Shown here one piece after another: positions 43,193-54,865 of a DNA stretch of 64,000 nt. Each line of letters starts with the position of its first letter. Position 1 is the stretch's first letter. Under the pieces are notes generated by a model that saw nothing but the letters and a program-made list of their open reading frames with translations, had not been told where the DNA came from and did no database searches. Position numbers and translations under genes: made by a program. Location of the stretch: NCBI RefSeq assembly GCF_056746865.1, contig NZ_CM163382.1. One strand, written 5' to 3'.

Positions 43193-43445
43193 CGGGCGAT
43201 CCTCACTAAACCGGGCCGTTTAGCCAACGTTTAAGCTTTTTGAGAAGCACAATGTAATGGCGTGGCCATATTGCTGCAATTCTAGTGTCAAAAAAATGCG
43301 ATGTTGTTAGGAATTAGTTTATAAACAGACTTTTTTGATTACGGTCGCTTCCCGTGTAACAGGGGGAAAACCGTCCAGGAGCAGGGAAAAGGGCAGGAGA
43401 GAGCCGCGTCAGCCGGGTAACAGCTAAAACGCGGCGTTTCGCGGT

Positions 43446-43943
43446 TCAGGAAATGAAGTTCAGCCCCTGCTTTAACACCAGATCGCAGGCTTTGGTTTTC
43501 ACCTTTTCTGCCAGCGGAGTCGTTCCGATATTATCCAGATTGAGTTGCTGACCATCTTTAGTTTTCAGCAAACCCTGAATGCCATCCAGATAGTTGGTGT
43601 CTTCTTTTTGCTCTTCACTGTTCAGGCCCAGTTTTTCCAGTACCTGATTCTTGATGTTTTCGGCATCGGTTACCGAAGCCAGCTTTTGCTTCGCGCAGTA
43701 TTGCAGAATGCCTGCGGCATTGTTCATGTTATCTGCGCTTAAGGCCTGGTTCCCGCTGCTAAGCAAGTTAGTTAATGACGCGAGCGACCAACCGCCTTCC
43801 TGTGTCGTGTTGTTTTGGTTGCCAAGTTCGCTGGCGGCGCTGGAGAGCGCATCTTTCCATGACGCAGCATGTGCCCCGGTGGAAATTAATGCGCTGGCGG
43901 CAATGGCACAGCACAGAAGATGTTTAACAGTTTTCATCATCAT
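43446..43943 (-). CDS. yjjA: YjjA, small secreted protein of unknown function
   Basis: ~165 aa with N-terminal signal peptide (MMKTVKHLLCCAIAASALISTGAHA). Confidence 0.75.
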   Translation of the reverse strand: MMMKTVKHLLCCAIAASALISTGAHAASWKDALSSAASELGNQNNTTQEGGWSLASLTNLLSSGNQALSADNMNNAAGILQYCAKQKLASVTDAENIKNQVLEKLGLNSEEQKEDTNYLDGIQGLLKTKDGQQLNLDNIGTTPLAEKVKTKACDLVLKQGLNFIS

Positions 43944-43988
43944 TACTCAAGGTGGAATTGTGTCGCAGTATACCGCCAGAAACGGGGA

Positions 43989-44726
43989 TTAATACTCTTT
44001 ACCCGTTACCCGGCTACGGTAGCTATCCCAGTTGAAGATCACCCACAAACTGTTACCCAGGCGCATACGGTCCATCACGCGTTCGCCCAGCAACTTGGTC
44101 ATCTCTTCCATATTACTGTTGGTCAGCATCCCGGTTGGGCGTTTGGAAGAAGAGCGGCGATCGACGATCTGGTTGATGATCACTTTTTCGTATTTCGATT
44201 CGGTTTGCACGCCGATCTCATCGATCACCAGCAGATCAACATTGCTCAGATCGTTAAGCAGTTGTTCTTCGCTGGTACCGCTATTCCTGAAGGTATCTTT
44301 CATCGCCGACATAATATCGGCCACGGTGATGATCAATACGGATTTACCGCGTAGCAGCAGCTCGTTGCAGATTGCCGCCGCCAGATGGTTTTTGCCGGTT
44401 CCTGGCTTACCAGAAAAGATGAAGCTGGCGATGTTGCCGTCAAACTCTTCGACATACTGGCGCGCTTTGCTTAACGCATTCATCTGCCCTTCACACTCAA
44501 CGCGATAGTTCTCAAAGGAGCAGTTCTGATGCAGTGGACGAATACCGGAGCGGTTAAAGGTGCGCTGCATTTTCATCGCCCGATTTTCACGTTCGAGAGC
44601 GGCGGAGCGGATCGCCCCTTGTTCTTTCTGCCAGGCCAGTAGTTCTTCACCCGTTTTGAAAGCAGGTTTGATATGGGCAGGCATCATTTTTTGCAGGCGT
44701 TGCATCAGGTCGCCAACGTTTTTCAT
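43989..44726 (-). CDS. dnaC: DnaC, helicase loader (AAA+)
   Basis: 245 aa, Walker A GKPGTGKNHLAAA, Walker B LLVIDEIG. Confidence 0.92.
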   Translation of the reverse strand: MKNVGDLMQRLQKMMPAHIKPAFKTGEELLAWQKEQGAIRSAALERENRAMKMQRTFNRSGIRPLHQNCSFENYRVECEGQMNALSKARQYVEEFDGNIASFIFSGKPGTGKNHLAAAICNELLLRGKSVLIITVADIMSAMKDTFRNSGTSEEQLLNDLSNVDLLVIDEIGVQTESKYEKVIINQIVDRRSSSKRPTGMLTNSNMEEMTKLLGERVMDRMRLGNSLWVIFNWDSYRSRVTGKEY

Positions 44727-44728
44727 CG

Positions 44729-45268
44729 TTACCCTCTGAATCCTGGTGGAATTTGGCTGTCAGGTTCACTGACCGTATTCACATCTCGTTTAGGCAGTCC
44801 GCCGTTGCTGGCACGACCGATTTGCAGGCTGCGCGCCAGTTTTTGTTGCCACTGCACATGGTGAAAGACTTTACCTTCCGCCTGCCAGTAGGCAATGAAT
44901 GAGGCCAGTTCTTCGGTGGTCACCGGCGCTCTTAGTGCCACGCCCCATAGCGCCGCCAGGCGGATAAAGTCGGCATCGGGTTGCCAGTCCGGATACATGG
45001 CGAATTTCCCCATGGGTACAGCAACGGGAGCAGCTTGCGGTTCCTGATAGAGTTGATCGTCCAGAGCGACATCGCTTCCCGGACGCGCCAGCTTTTCTTC
45101 CAGCGCTAGCAGTTCAGCCAGGCGTGCAGGCGTGACGGCATAAAACGCCGGGGCATTGTTAGCAAATACGGCAACCACACCGCCTTCAGCTTTTGCCAGA
45201 ACGGTTTGGTGATCGTGTACCAGGGCGTCAATACCAACGACGTCCGGGGTCAAAACTCTGGAAGACAT
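44729..45268 (-). CDS. dnaT: DnaT, primosomal protein I
   Basis: 179 aa [35 protein letters not shown]..; immediately upstream of dnaC. Confidence 0.9.
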   Translation of the reverse strand: MSSRVLTPDVVGIDALVHDHQTVLAKAEGGVVAVFANNAPAFYAVTPARLAELLALEEKLARPGSDVALDDQLYQEPQAAPVAVPMGKFAMYPDWQPDADFIRLAALWGVALRAPVTTEELASFIAYWQAEGKVFHHVQWQQKLARSLQIGRASNGGLPKRDVNTVSEPDSQIPPGFRG

Positions 45269-45374
45269 ACTGTTTCTCAAATATGGAACGATGAACGAGA
45301 AGGGAGATAACTTTTATAGTAACACACGGAGGAGAGGAGGCTGTCTCTCATCCGTGTGCTTAAGCGAGGCAATT

Positions 45375-45848
45375 TTATACGCGAGGGCGCTTGCGGTACA
45401 ACCATAATCCAGGAATGGAAAGACCGATGGATAACGCACCAACAATTGATGAAGCTGTAAGAAAGTTGGTTAACAGGGTAATCATCAACGGTTCGCTGTA
45501 ACCTAGCTGGCTGATTTTTACCGCCGAAATCATTGCGGTATAAGCCGATATGCCAGGGAACATAGGAATAACAGCCGCCACGGTAAACACTTTCGGATGC
45601 GCCAGATACCAGCGCGACCATTGAATACCAATGGTGCCGACCAGCATAGAAGCCATAAAAGTTGACCACTCAATATTCAGCCCGCTGGTCATTAAGATCA
45701 TTCGGGAACCATGACCTATCGAGCCAAGCAGCGCACACCAGCGTAACGCCCGCACGGGAACGTTGAACACCATCGCAAAGCCGACCGCAGGAATGGCGGC
45801 GAGGATCATATCCTGCGCCAACGCTAACAGAAATTCGATCACACCCAT
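45375..45848 (-). CDS. yjjB: YjjB, ThrE-family inner membrane protein (small subunit; proposed succinate exporter with YjjP)
   Basis: 157-aa hydrophobic protein [31 protein letters not shown].. Confidence 0.8.
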
Positions 45849-46609
45849 CCGCGTAGCCCCCAAATCGTCAGTGCCATTACTACGCCGACGCAGGTAGCCA
45901 GTGTCAGCAGACTGGCGATCGCCCAGCGTGCCAGTCCGGTATTGATGTGGCCTTTAAACATATCGGCGACGGCATTAATCAACGGAAAACCCGGCACCAG
46001 CAGCAGAACGCTGGCGGCCATCGCGATAGTGGGTGTATTGCTGAAAGTGGGAAGTTGCAAAAGCAAACCGGAAATGGTGGTGGCGGCGAAAGCGGTGAGG
46101 CAAAAGTTGATCTGTGGATGAAGATGACGTTGTGCCAGCAGCTGGCGGATATACATCGCGACCGTACTGGCAAAGAAGGTGATGACGGCACCATCCCAGC
46201 CACCTTTATTGAGTTTACAGAAACAGGCGCAAGAAAGGCCGACCATTAAGGCTACCAGCCATCTCGGGTAACGTAATGGCTGAATTTGGCTAAATCGTTT
46301 CTCTACACCTTTGTAATCCAGCAGATGATGCTCCGCCAGAATCACAATGTGCTGGACTTCAGTCACCACATGCATATTAATGCCGCGATCTTGATTTTTT
46401 CGTGTCGATGTCAGGCATTGCCCATCTTTAATAGTTGTCAGCACTATGGCGTTCGAAGAGATAGAACTTTCGACGCTGTCCATTCCCAGCGCCCGACCCA
46501 GTCGTGAGGAAAGCTCATCAACCAACGCGCTTTCCGCACCATGTTGCAAAAGAAATAATCCACACTGGATACAAAGCCGTGTTACGGCTCGCTGTTGCTC
46601 AGTTTGCAT
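45839..46609 (-). CDS. yjjP: YjjP, ThrE-family inner membrane protein (large subunit)
   Basis: ~256-aa membrane protein; overlaps yjjB start by 10 nt. Confidence 0.8.
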
Positions 46610-46672
46610 AACTCGCCCTTTGTCATAGACGTGCTGCGTATTGTTCAGATAATGAGAATCCATTTGTATCAT

Positions 46673-47227
46673 GAAGCACGGTTGTTTTGCGGTAGGTTAA
46701 GATCAAAATTGCGCTGATTAATCCTGGTTATCGGGAGAAGCTCGGTGATAAAAAGCGAATTATCTCTCGTCGCAAATAAATTATCACATGAATATTATCA
46801 CTATAATGAATTTATTGTTTAGCCTTTACGAATCAGGATAAAAGATAACTGGGCGCGTTTTTTAATTTTTACAAGTTAAAACTATCAGATTTTATTGAAT
46901 AAATATTGATTGTGTGATTTTGCATTCTACTGGAAGGGATATCAGTTAATTATAAATTAAATGAATGAGAATTCTGTTTTTCATTAAGTATTTCTAACAA
47001 CTTAATGTAGATATTTTAAATGTCTCCAGGCTATTTCACCAGGTTATCATTTGATGCTAACCTTCTGACACATGCAGTGGAGTTGTTGTGCAGCAGGAGT
47101 ATGCTGATATGAAAGTGAATGCTAAGGATAATTTATTCGCTTAATCTATTAATTTGCTGGAAACATTTAAGGAATGAATATCCTGAATAAACCATCATAA
47201 TTTTTAGACAGTGGATGTGGAGGAAAT
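46673..47227. promoter_or_regulatory. AT-rich divergent control region of yjjP and yjjQ-bglJ (H-NS-silenced, LeuO-activated per established knowledge)
   Basis: ~550 bp visibly AT-rich with many A/T tracts between divergent genes. Confidence 0.6.
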
Positions 47228-47953
47228 ATGTTGCCAGGATGCTGCAAAAATGGAATTGTTATCAGTAAAATACCTGTTATGCAAGCAGGGTTAAAAGAGG
47301 TCATGAGGACTCACTTCCCTGAATATGAAATAATATCCAGCGCCTCTGCGGAGGACCTTACCTTATTACAATTACGTCGTTCCGGATTAGTCATTGCTGA
47401 TTTAGCCGGTGAAAGTGAAGATCCACGTTCTGTTTGTGAACATTATTATTCTTTAATCTCACAATATCGGGAAATTCACTGGGTTTTCATGGTGTCACGC
47501 TCCTGGTATTCCCAGGCAGTAGAACTGCTTATGTGCCCTACGGCGACGTTATTGTCTGATGTTGAACCCATTGAGAATCTGGTCAAGACCGTACGTTCCG
47601 GCAATACGCACGCAGAGCGTATCAGCGCCATGCTGACCTCTCCGGCAATGACTGAAACTCATGATTTTAGCTATCGCTCCGTCATTCTCACTCTTTCAGA
47701 GCGCAAGGTACTGCGGCTATTAGGTAAAGGATGGGGCATCAACCAGATAGCTTCATTGCTTAAGAAAAGTAATAAAACTATCAGCGCCCAAAAAAACAGT
47801 GCGATGCGTCGACTGGCAATTCACAGCAACGCTGAAATGTATGCATGGATAAATAGCGCACAGGGTGCAAGAGAACTTAACTTGCCTTCTGTTTATGGAG
47901 ATGCCGCAGAATGGAACACAGCCGAATTAAGAAGAGAAATGTCGCACTCATAG
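47228..47953 (+). CDS. yjjQ: YjjQ, LuxR/FixJ-type transcriptional regulator
   Basis: 241 aa with C-terminal LuxR HTH (..[41 protein letters not shown]..). Confidence 0.85.
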
Positions 47954-48588
47954 AAAAATGCGTCATGAGTAGTATCGGTATTGAGAGTTTATTCAGAAAG
48001 TTTGCGGGTAACCCTTATAAGCTCCATACCTATACCAGTCAGGAGTCATTTCAGGATGCCATGTCGCGGATCTCGTTTGCGGCGGTCATTTTTTCTTTTT
48101 CTGCCATGAGAGGTGAGCGTAGAGAGGGATTATCTTGCCTGACTGAACTGGCGATTAAGTTTCCGCGTACCCGGCGTTTAGTTATTGCGGATGATGATAT
48201 TGAAGCTCGGCTGATCGGCTCATTGTCGCCATCACCGCTGGACGGTGTATTAAGTAAAGCGTCAACGCTGGAGATTTTTCATCAGGAACTCTTTTTGTCA
48301 TTAAATGGTGTACGTCAGGCGACCGACCGACTGAACAATCAGTGGTACATTAATCAAAGCCGAACGCTAAGCCCGACGGAGAGAGAAATATTGCGCTTTA
48401 TGTCGCGTGGCTACTCAATGACACAAATTGCCGAGCAGCTTAAACGCAATATCAAAACGATCCGTGCACATAAATTTAATGTGATGTCGAAACTGGGCGT
48501 AAGTTCTGATGCAGGGTTGTTGGAGGCCGCAGATATTCTGTTATGTATGCGGCATTGCGAAGCAAGTAATGTGTTGCATCCCTATTAA
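47911..48588 (+). CDS. bglJ: BglJ, LuxR-type regulator (RcsB partner, bgl activation)
   Basis: 225 aa with C-terminal LuxR HTH (..[43 protein letters not shown]..); overlaps yjjQ by 43 nt in another frame. Confidence 0.85.
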
Positions 48589-48625
48589 TCCGCATGATGC
48601 CGGGTTTACTTCCCCGGCAGTGCTT

Positions 48626-49414
48626 TCATTTCAGCATACAATCGCCACATTGCTGCACATCCGGTAAGCGATAACGCTGGCAGCAAGTGCGGCGCACCAG
48701 CAGGCCGTCGCGCAGTACCACGGTACGCCAGAGTGGATTATCTTCACCGTTCGTGAGCATTTTCTCAAAAAAGAGGGCATGGCGCAGCGATTCAACCGTC
48801 GCCTCGCCAAGCAGCTGTTTCATCTCAGTCAGATACCAGTTGATCAAATAACCGGTATTGCTCCAGATAAGTTTGCCGTTGATCTCTCCCGTTGCTTCTA
48901 ATGCCTGCACTACCGGAACCAGCGCCTGACTGATTAACGTTTCCATTCGCTGCTGCGGCGAATGTAGTGTTGCGTTTTTATCTTCACACACATCGACCCA
49001 GAAACAGGCGGCGCGTCCGGTTTCGTGAAACTCAACGTGGAAATGTTCCGGCGACACATCTAATGCTTTTTCCTGCGTCAGCAGCGCCAACATTAATGGT
49101 GGCACCATCAGGCCGATATACCATTGCGCCCATAGTGAGATCAGCGGTTTGTTCTCGCGGATCATCGTTGGTTGGTTGCGATAGATATGATCGGAATAGA
49201 CCACCAGTAGAGAACTTAGCGCATTCGTTGATGACCATTGCGCCAGCGTCATGGCGTTAAGCGGAGCGGGTTCATCCAGGCGGATAAACTCGAGCAAATG
49301 TTCACGATGTTCGGCGATCGTCGCCCGTATGGCTTGTGCAAGCCCAGCATCCTGCGGCTGGAGATGCGTTCGCCAGATAACATCTTCATAGAGCGGTGCG
49401 GAACGATAGGCCAT
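48626..49414 (-). CDS. fhuF: FhuF, ferric-siderophore reductase (2Fe-2S)
   Basis: 262 aa with C-terminal C-C-x10-C-x2-C cluster (..RRTCCQRYRLPDVQQCGDCMLK). Confidence 0.9.
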   Translation of the reverse strand: MAYRSAPLYEDVIWRTHLQPQDAGLAQAIRATIAEHREHLLEFIRLDEPAPLNAMTLAQWSSTNALSSLLVVYSDHIYRNQPTMIRENKPLISLWAQWYIGLMVPPLMLALLTQEKALDVSPEHFHVEFHETGRAACFWVDVCEDKNATLHSPQQRMETLISQALVPVVQALEATGEINGKLIWSNTGYLINWYLTEMKQLLGEATVESLRHALFFEKMLTNGEDNPLWRTVVLRDGLLVRRTCCQRYRLPDVQQCGDCMLK

Positions 49415-49429
49415 AATCGGGATAGTAAT

Positions 49430-49545
49430 CTAAATGATAATGATTGCTAATCCTAGCGATAGGTTTACCCGATAGCAAGGGATTTCTCTGGCTTGCAAAT
49501 GATAAAAATTATCATATGATATTAGTTATCATTATCAATGAAAGA
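49430..49545. promoter_or_regulatory. Fur boxes in the fhuF / yjjZ divergent promoter
   Basis: aaatgataatgattgctaatc (49432-49452) and gataaaaattatcatatgatattagttatcattatc (49501-49536) resemble the GATAATGATAATCATTATC Fur consensus. Confidence 0.6.
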
Positions 49546-49554
49546 GATGAAACC

Positions 49555-49791
49555 ATGTTGCAACGTACGCTGGGCAGTGGCTGGGGAGTGTTGCTGCCGG
49601 GATTGCTGATTGCAGGGCTGATGTATGCGGATTTATCGCCGGATCAGTGGCGGATTGTCATTCTGATGGGATTAATATTGACGCCGGTGATGCTGTATCA
49701 CAAACAGTTGCGGCATTACGTTTTGCTGCCATCGTGCCTGGCGCTTATTGCTGGCATCATGCTGATGATAATGAATTTGAATCAGGGATGA
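49555..49791 (+). CDS. yjjZ: YjjZ, small Fur-regulated membrane protein
   Basis: 78 aa MLQRTLGSGWGVLLPGLLIAGLMYADLSPDQWRIVILMGLIL.. Confidence 0.75.
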   Translation: MLQRTLGSGWGVLLPGLLIAGLMYADLSPDQWRIVILMGLILTPVMLYHKQLRHYVLLPSCLALIAGIMLMIMNLNQG

Positions 49792-49829
49792 AAAATCAGG
49801 GAAGAAACAAGAAAGGAAGTAAAGATAAT

Positions 49830-49916
49830 TGGTGCGAGGGGGGGGACTTGAACCCCCACGTCCGTAAGGACACTAACACCTGAAGCTAGCGCGTCTACCA
49901 ATTCCGCCACCTTCGC
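49830..49916 (-). tRNA. leuV: tRNA-Leu(CAG)
   Basis: 87-nt reverse complement of GCGAAGGTGGCGGAATTGGTAGACGCGCTAGCTTCAGGTGTTAGTGTCCTTACGGACGTGGGGGTTCAAGTCCCCCCCCTCGCACCA; symbol assigned by operon order. Confidence 0.9.
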
Positions 49917-49950
49917 ACAGTCATCTTACTTTTTTTGATATCGCCTCGTT

Positions 49951-50037
49951 TGGTGCGAGGGGGGGGACTTGAACCCCCACGTCCGTAAGAACACTAACAC
50001 CTGAAGCTAGCGCGTCTACCAATTCCGCCACCTTCGC
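49951..50037 (-). tRNA. leuP: tRNA-Leu(CAG), variable-arm variant (one substitution relative to its neighbours)
   Basis: Same 87-nt gene with taagaacact instead of taaggacact (plus strand). Confidence 0.88.
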
Positions 50038-50065
50038 CCAGTGCGAGCAATATCAACGTGGTTTT

Positions 50066-50152
50066 TGGTGCGAGGGGGGGGACTTGAACCCCCACGTCCG
50101 TAAGGACACTAACACCTGAAGCTAGCGCGTCTACCAATTCCGCCACCTTCGC
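50066..50152 (-). tRNA. leuQ: tRNA-Leu(CAG)
   Basis: Third identical-length copy; first gene of the leuQPV operon on the minus strand. Confidence 0.9.
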
Positions 50153-50269
50153 ATACCATCAATTCTTAAAAAGAATTGCTACCACGGAGGCGCATTCTAG
50201 TGGTTTTCAGCTTTTCGTCAATAGTTAATTATCGCCGGAGGTGTAATTGCTGGAAAAATGGCCATCAGG

Positions 50270-50530
<261 letters not shown>

Positions 50531-51562
50531 TTAACCTTTCTTCGCCTGGCGGGTCATAATGGCGCGATACACCTTGAAGCGCCCGGTTTGCGCGATCACT
50601 TCGTGGAAGCCAAATGTCTCATCCAGCACGTCCGGGTAAGGCAGGAAGGCGTTCGCTACAATTCGCAGCTCGCCGCCGCTATTAAGATGACGCACCGCGC
50701 CGCGAATCAGCGTTTGCGCCGCATCGAGGCTGGTTTGCATCCCATCGTGGAACGGCGGGTTGGAGATGATCATATCAAAACGACCTTTCACCTCGGAAAA
50801 GACGTTACTGGCAAAGACTTCACCTTCAACACCGTTGGCCGCAAGTGTTGCGCGGCTGGCTTCTACCGCTGGCGCAGAGACATCGCACAGAGTGAGACGA
50901 ATTTTCGGTGAATGGCGCGCAAAGGCAACAGAAAGCACGCCCGCGCCACAGCCGACATCCAGTACTTTACCTTTCGTGTGCGGAGTTAACGTCGAGAGCA
51001 GTAACTGGCTACCGACATCCAGACCGTCGCGGCTAAACACGCCAGGCAGCGTTTTGACTGTCAGGCCATCGACGCTGTATTCGCCCCAGAATTTATCGGC
51101 ATCAAATTCCGGCTGTTTTTCCAGACGACCAAAATAGAGGCCACAGCGACGGGCGCTGTCGACTTTATTCAACGGCGCATAATCTGCCAGCATCTGTTCG
51201 GCGCTGCGCACGCCGCTGCGGTTCTCGCCAACGACAAAAATATCCGTGCCCACCGGCAGTAGAGAAAGTAAATTCATCAACTGGAACTGGGCTTCCGGTT
51301 TGTTCTTCGGCCAGTAGTAAATCAGCGTATTGCAATCTGCGACATCATCCGCCGTGGCGACCAGACTGAAACGGGCGTTATCCCCCATCTGGCGGCTTAA
51401 CACCTGCCAATGGTGGAATTGCTGGGTATGAGCACGGCTGGCCGCGGTATCTAAACGCGCGGGCAGGTCATCCTGTAAGTCTCCGGCAAAAAGAATACGG
51501 CTTTGTTCGAAATCATCACTGTGACGCAGCAAGACTTCACTTGCCGGGGTAAATGCAGACAT
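50531..51562 (-). CDS. rsmC: RsmC, 16S rRNA m2G1207 methyltransferase
   Basis: 343 aa, AdoMet motif VLDVGCGAG and NPPFH catalytic motif. Confidence 0.9.
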   Translation of the reverse strand: MSAFTPASEVLLRHSDDFEQSRILFAGDLQDDLPARLDTAASRAHTQQFHHWQVLSRQMGDNARFSLVATADDVADCNTLIYYWPKNKPEAQFQLMNLLSLLPVGTDIFVVGENRSGVRSAEQMLADYAPLNKVDSARRCGLYFGRLEKQPEFDADKFWGEYSVDGLTVKTLPGVFSRDGLDVGSQLLLSTLTPHTKGKVLDVGCGAGVLSVAFARHSPKIRLTLCDVSAPAVEASRATLAANGVEGEVFASNVFSEVKGRFDMIISNPPFHDGMQTSLDAAQTLIRGAVRHLNSGGELRIVANAFLPYPDVLDETFGFHEVIAQTGRFKVYRAIMTRQAKKG

Positions 51563-51664
51563 GGAATGCTCCTCAATTGATACTGGCGGCGATTATAGCC
51601 ATATGTTGGCGCGGTATCGACGAATTTGCTATATTTGCGCCCCTGACAACAGGAGCGATTCGCT

Positions 51665-52078
51665 ATGACATCCCGACGAGACTGGCAGTTACAGCAACTG
51701 GGCATTACCCAGTGGTCGCTGCGTCGCCCTGGCGCGTTGCAGGGGGAGATTGCGATTGCGATCCCGGCACACGTCCGTCTGGTGATGGTGGCAAACGATC
51801 TTCCCGCCCTGACCGATCCTCTGGTGAGCGATGTTCTGCGCGCATTAACCGTCAGCCCCGATCAAGTGCTGCAACTGACGCCAGAAAAAATCGCGATGCT
51901 GCCGCAAGGCAGTCGCTGCAACAGCTGGCGGTTGGGTACTGACGAACCGCTATCACTGGAAGGCGCTCAGGTGGCATCACCGGCGCTCACCGAATTACGG
52001 GCAAACCCAACGGCACGCGCCGCGTTATGGCAACAAATTTGCACATATGAACACGATTTCTTCCCTCGAAACGACTGA
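51665..52078 (+). CDS. holD: HolD, DNA polymerase III psi subunit
   Basis: 137 aa MTSRRDWQLQQLGITQWSLRRPGALQGEIAI.. Confidence 0.88.
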   Translation: MTSRRDWQLQQLGITQWSLRRPGALQGEIAIAIPAHVRLVMVANDLPALTDPLVSDVLRALTVSPDQVLQLTPEKIAMLPQGSRCNSWRLGTDEPLSLEGAQVASPALTELRANPTARAALWQQICTYEHDFFPRND

Positions 52079-52493
52079 TTTACCAGCGGCTTACCACATT
52101 GAACAACGCGCCCACGCCTTTCCGTGGAGTGAAAAAACCTTTGCCAGCAACCAGGGCGAGCGTTATCTCAACTTTCAGTTAACGCAAAACGGCAAAATGG
52201 CGGCGTTTGCGATTACGCAAGTGGTGCTGGATGAAGCTACATTGTTCAATATTGCGGTCGATCCTGACTATCAGCGTCAGGGATTGGGAAGGGCGCTGCT
52301 GGAACATCTGATCGACGAACTGGAAAAACGCGGCGTGGCGACGCTATGGCTGGAAGTCCGTGCCTCAAACGCTGCCGCCATTGCACTGTACGAAAGTTTA
52401 GGCTTTAACGAGGCGACGATTCGCCGCAATTACTACCCCACCACGGACGGTCGCGAAGACGCCATCATCATGGCGTTGCCAATCAGTATGTAA
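52047..52493 (+). CDS. rimI: RimI, ribosomal protein S18 alanine N-acetyltransferase (GNAT)
   Basis: 148 aa GNAT fold ([13 protein letters not shown]); overlaps the holD 3-prime end. Confidence 0.88.
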   Translation: MNTISSLETTDLPAAYHIEQRAHAFPWSEKTFASNQGERYLNFQLTQNGKMAAFAITQVVLDEATLFNIAVDPDYQRQGLGRALLEHLIDELEKRGVATLWLEVRASNAAAIALYESLGFNEATIRRNYYPTTDGREDAIIMALPISM

Positions 52494-52507
52494 GACAAGG
52501 TGGAATA

Positions 52508-53185
52508 ATGAAGTGGGACTGGATTTTCTTTGATGCCGATGAAACGCTGTTTACCTTTGACTCATTCACCGGCCTGCAGCGGATGTTTCTTGATTACAGC
52601 GTCACCTTTACCGCTGAAGATTTTCAGGACTATCAGGCCGTTAACAAGCCACTGTGGGTGGATTATCAAAACGGCGCGATCACTTCATTACAGCTTCAGC
52701 ACGGGCGGTTTGAGAGCTGGGCCGAACGACTGAACGTCGAGCCGGGTAAACTCAACGAAGCCTTTATTAATGCGATGGCGGAAATCTGTACGCCGCTGCC
52801 GGGCGCGGTTTCTCTGCTTAACGCCATTCGTGGCAACGCCAAAATCGGCATCATCACCAACGGCTTTAGCGCCTTGCAGCAAGTGCGTCTGGAACGCACG
52901 GGCCTGCGTGATTATTTCGATTTGTTGGTGATTTCCGAAGAAGTTGGCGTAGCCAAACCGAATAAGAAAATTTTCGATTATGCGCTGGAACAGGCGGGCA
53001 ATCCTGACCGTTCACGCGTGCTGATGGTTGGCGACACTGCCGAGTCCGATATTCTCGGTGGCATCAACGCCGGGCTTGCGACCTGCTGGCTGAATGCGCA
53101 CAATCGCGAGCAACCAGAAGGCATCGCGCCTACCTGGACCGTTTCTTCGTTGCACGAACTGGAGCAGCTCCTGTGTAAACACTGA
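52508..53185 (+). CDS. yjjG: YjjG, HAD-family pyrimidine 5-prime-nucleotidase
   Basis: 225 aa with HAD motif I FDADETLF and motif [12 protein letters not shown]. Confidence 0.88.
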   Translation: MKWDWIFFDADETLFTFDSFTGLQRMFLDYSVTFTAEDFQDYQAVNKPLWVDYQNGAITSLQLQHGRFESWAERLNVEPGKLNEAFINAMAEICTPLPGAVSLLNAIRGNAKIGIITNGFSALQQVRLERTGLRDYFDLLVISEEVGVAKPNKKIFDYALEQAGNPDRSRVLMVGDTAESDILGGINAGLATCWLNAHNREQPEGIAPTWTVSSLHELEQLLCKH

Positions 53186-53275
53186 TTGCCTCCCCCCCGT
53201 TGATGGGTAAAATAGCCGCAATTTTTCGTTTTCAACAAGCGCGGCGCGATGCCGCTTACTCAAGAAGAAAGAATT

Positions 53276-54865
53276 ATGACGTTGTCTCCTTATTTGCAAG
53301 AGGTGGCGAAGCGCCGCACTTTTGCCATTATTTCTCACCCGGACGCCGGTAAGACTACCATCACCGAGAAGGTGCTGCTGTTCGGACAGGCCATTCAGAC
53401 CGCCGGTACAGTAAAAGGCCGTGGTTCCAACCAGCACGCTAAGTCGGACTGGATGGAGATGGAAAAGCAGCGTGGGATCTCCATTACTACTTCTGTGATG
53501 CAGTTTCCGTATCACGATTGCCTGGTTAACCTGCTCGACACCCCGGGGCACGAAGACTTCTCGGAAGATACCTATCGTACCCTGACGGCGGTGGACTGCT
53601 GCCTGATGGTTATCGACGCTGCAAAAGGTGTTGAAGATCGTACCCGTAAGCTGATGGAAGTTACCCGTCTGCGCGACACGCCGATCCTCACCTTTATGAA
53701 CAAACTTGACCGTGATATCCGCGACCCGATGGAGCTGCTCGATGAAGTTGAGAACGAGCTGAAAATCGGCTGCGCACCGATCACCTGGCCGATTGGCTGC
53801 GGCAAGCTGTTTAAAGGCGTTTACCACCTTTATAAAGATGAAACCTATCTCTATCAGAGCGGTAAAGGCCACACGATTCAGGAAGTCCGCATTGTTAAAG
53901 GGCTGAATAACCCGGATCTCGACGCTGCGGTTGGTGAAGATCTGGCACAGCAGCTACGTGACGAACTGGAACTGGTGAAAGGCGCGTCTAACGAGTTCGA
54001 CAAAGAGCTGTTCCTTGCGGGCGAAATCACTCCGGTATTCTTCGGTACTGCGCTGGGTAACTTTGGCGTTGATCATATGCTGGATGGCCTGGTGGAGTGG
54101 GCCCCTGCGCCGATGCCGCGTCAGACTGATACCCGTACCGTAGAGGCGAGCGAAGACAAATTTACAGGCTTCGTATTTAAAATTCAGGCCAACATGGACC
54201 CGAAACACCGCGACCGCGTGGCGTTTATGCGTGTGGTGTCCGGTAAATATGAAAAAGGCATGAAGCTGCGCCAGGTGCGTACTGCGAAAGATGTGGTGAT
54301 CTCCGACGCGCTGACCTTTATGGCGGGTGACCGTTCGCACGTTGAAGAAGCGTATCCGGGCGATATCCTCGGCCTGCATAACCACGGCACTATTCAGATC
54401 GGCGACACCTTTACCCAGGGTGAGATGATGAAGTTCACCGGTATTCCGAACTTCGCGCCGGAACTGTTCCGTCGTATCCGCCTGAAAGATCCGCTGAAGC
54501 AAAAACAGCTGCTTAAAGGGCTGGTACAGCTTTCCGAAGAGGGCGCAGTGCAGGTGTTCCGTCCGATCTCCAACAACGATCTGATCGTTGGTGCGGTTGG
54601 TGTGCTGCAGTTTGATGTGGTGGTAGCGCGTCTGAAGAGCGAATACAACGTTGAAGCAGTGTATGAGTCAGTCAACGTTGCCACTGCCCGCTGGGTAGAA
54701 TGTGCGGACGCGAAGAAATTCGAAGAGTTCAAGCGTAAGAACGAAAGCCAACTGGCGCTTGATGGCGGCGATAACCTCGCTTACATCGCTACCAGCATGG
54801 TCAACCTGCGCCTGGCGCAGGAACGTTATCCGGACGTTCAGTTCCACCAGACCCGCGAGCATTAA
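53276..54865 (+). CDS. prfC: PrfC, peptide chain release factor 3 (GTPase)
   Basis: [41 protein letters not shown].. with G1 AHPDAGKT, DTPGH and NKLD GTPase motifs. Confidence 0.92.

Noticed and set aside
53012-53872. 286-aa minus-strand ORF overlapping yjjG/prfC
   Set aside because: Antisense to prfC, whose GTPase motifs are unambiguous on the plus strand.
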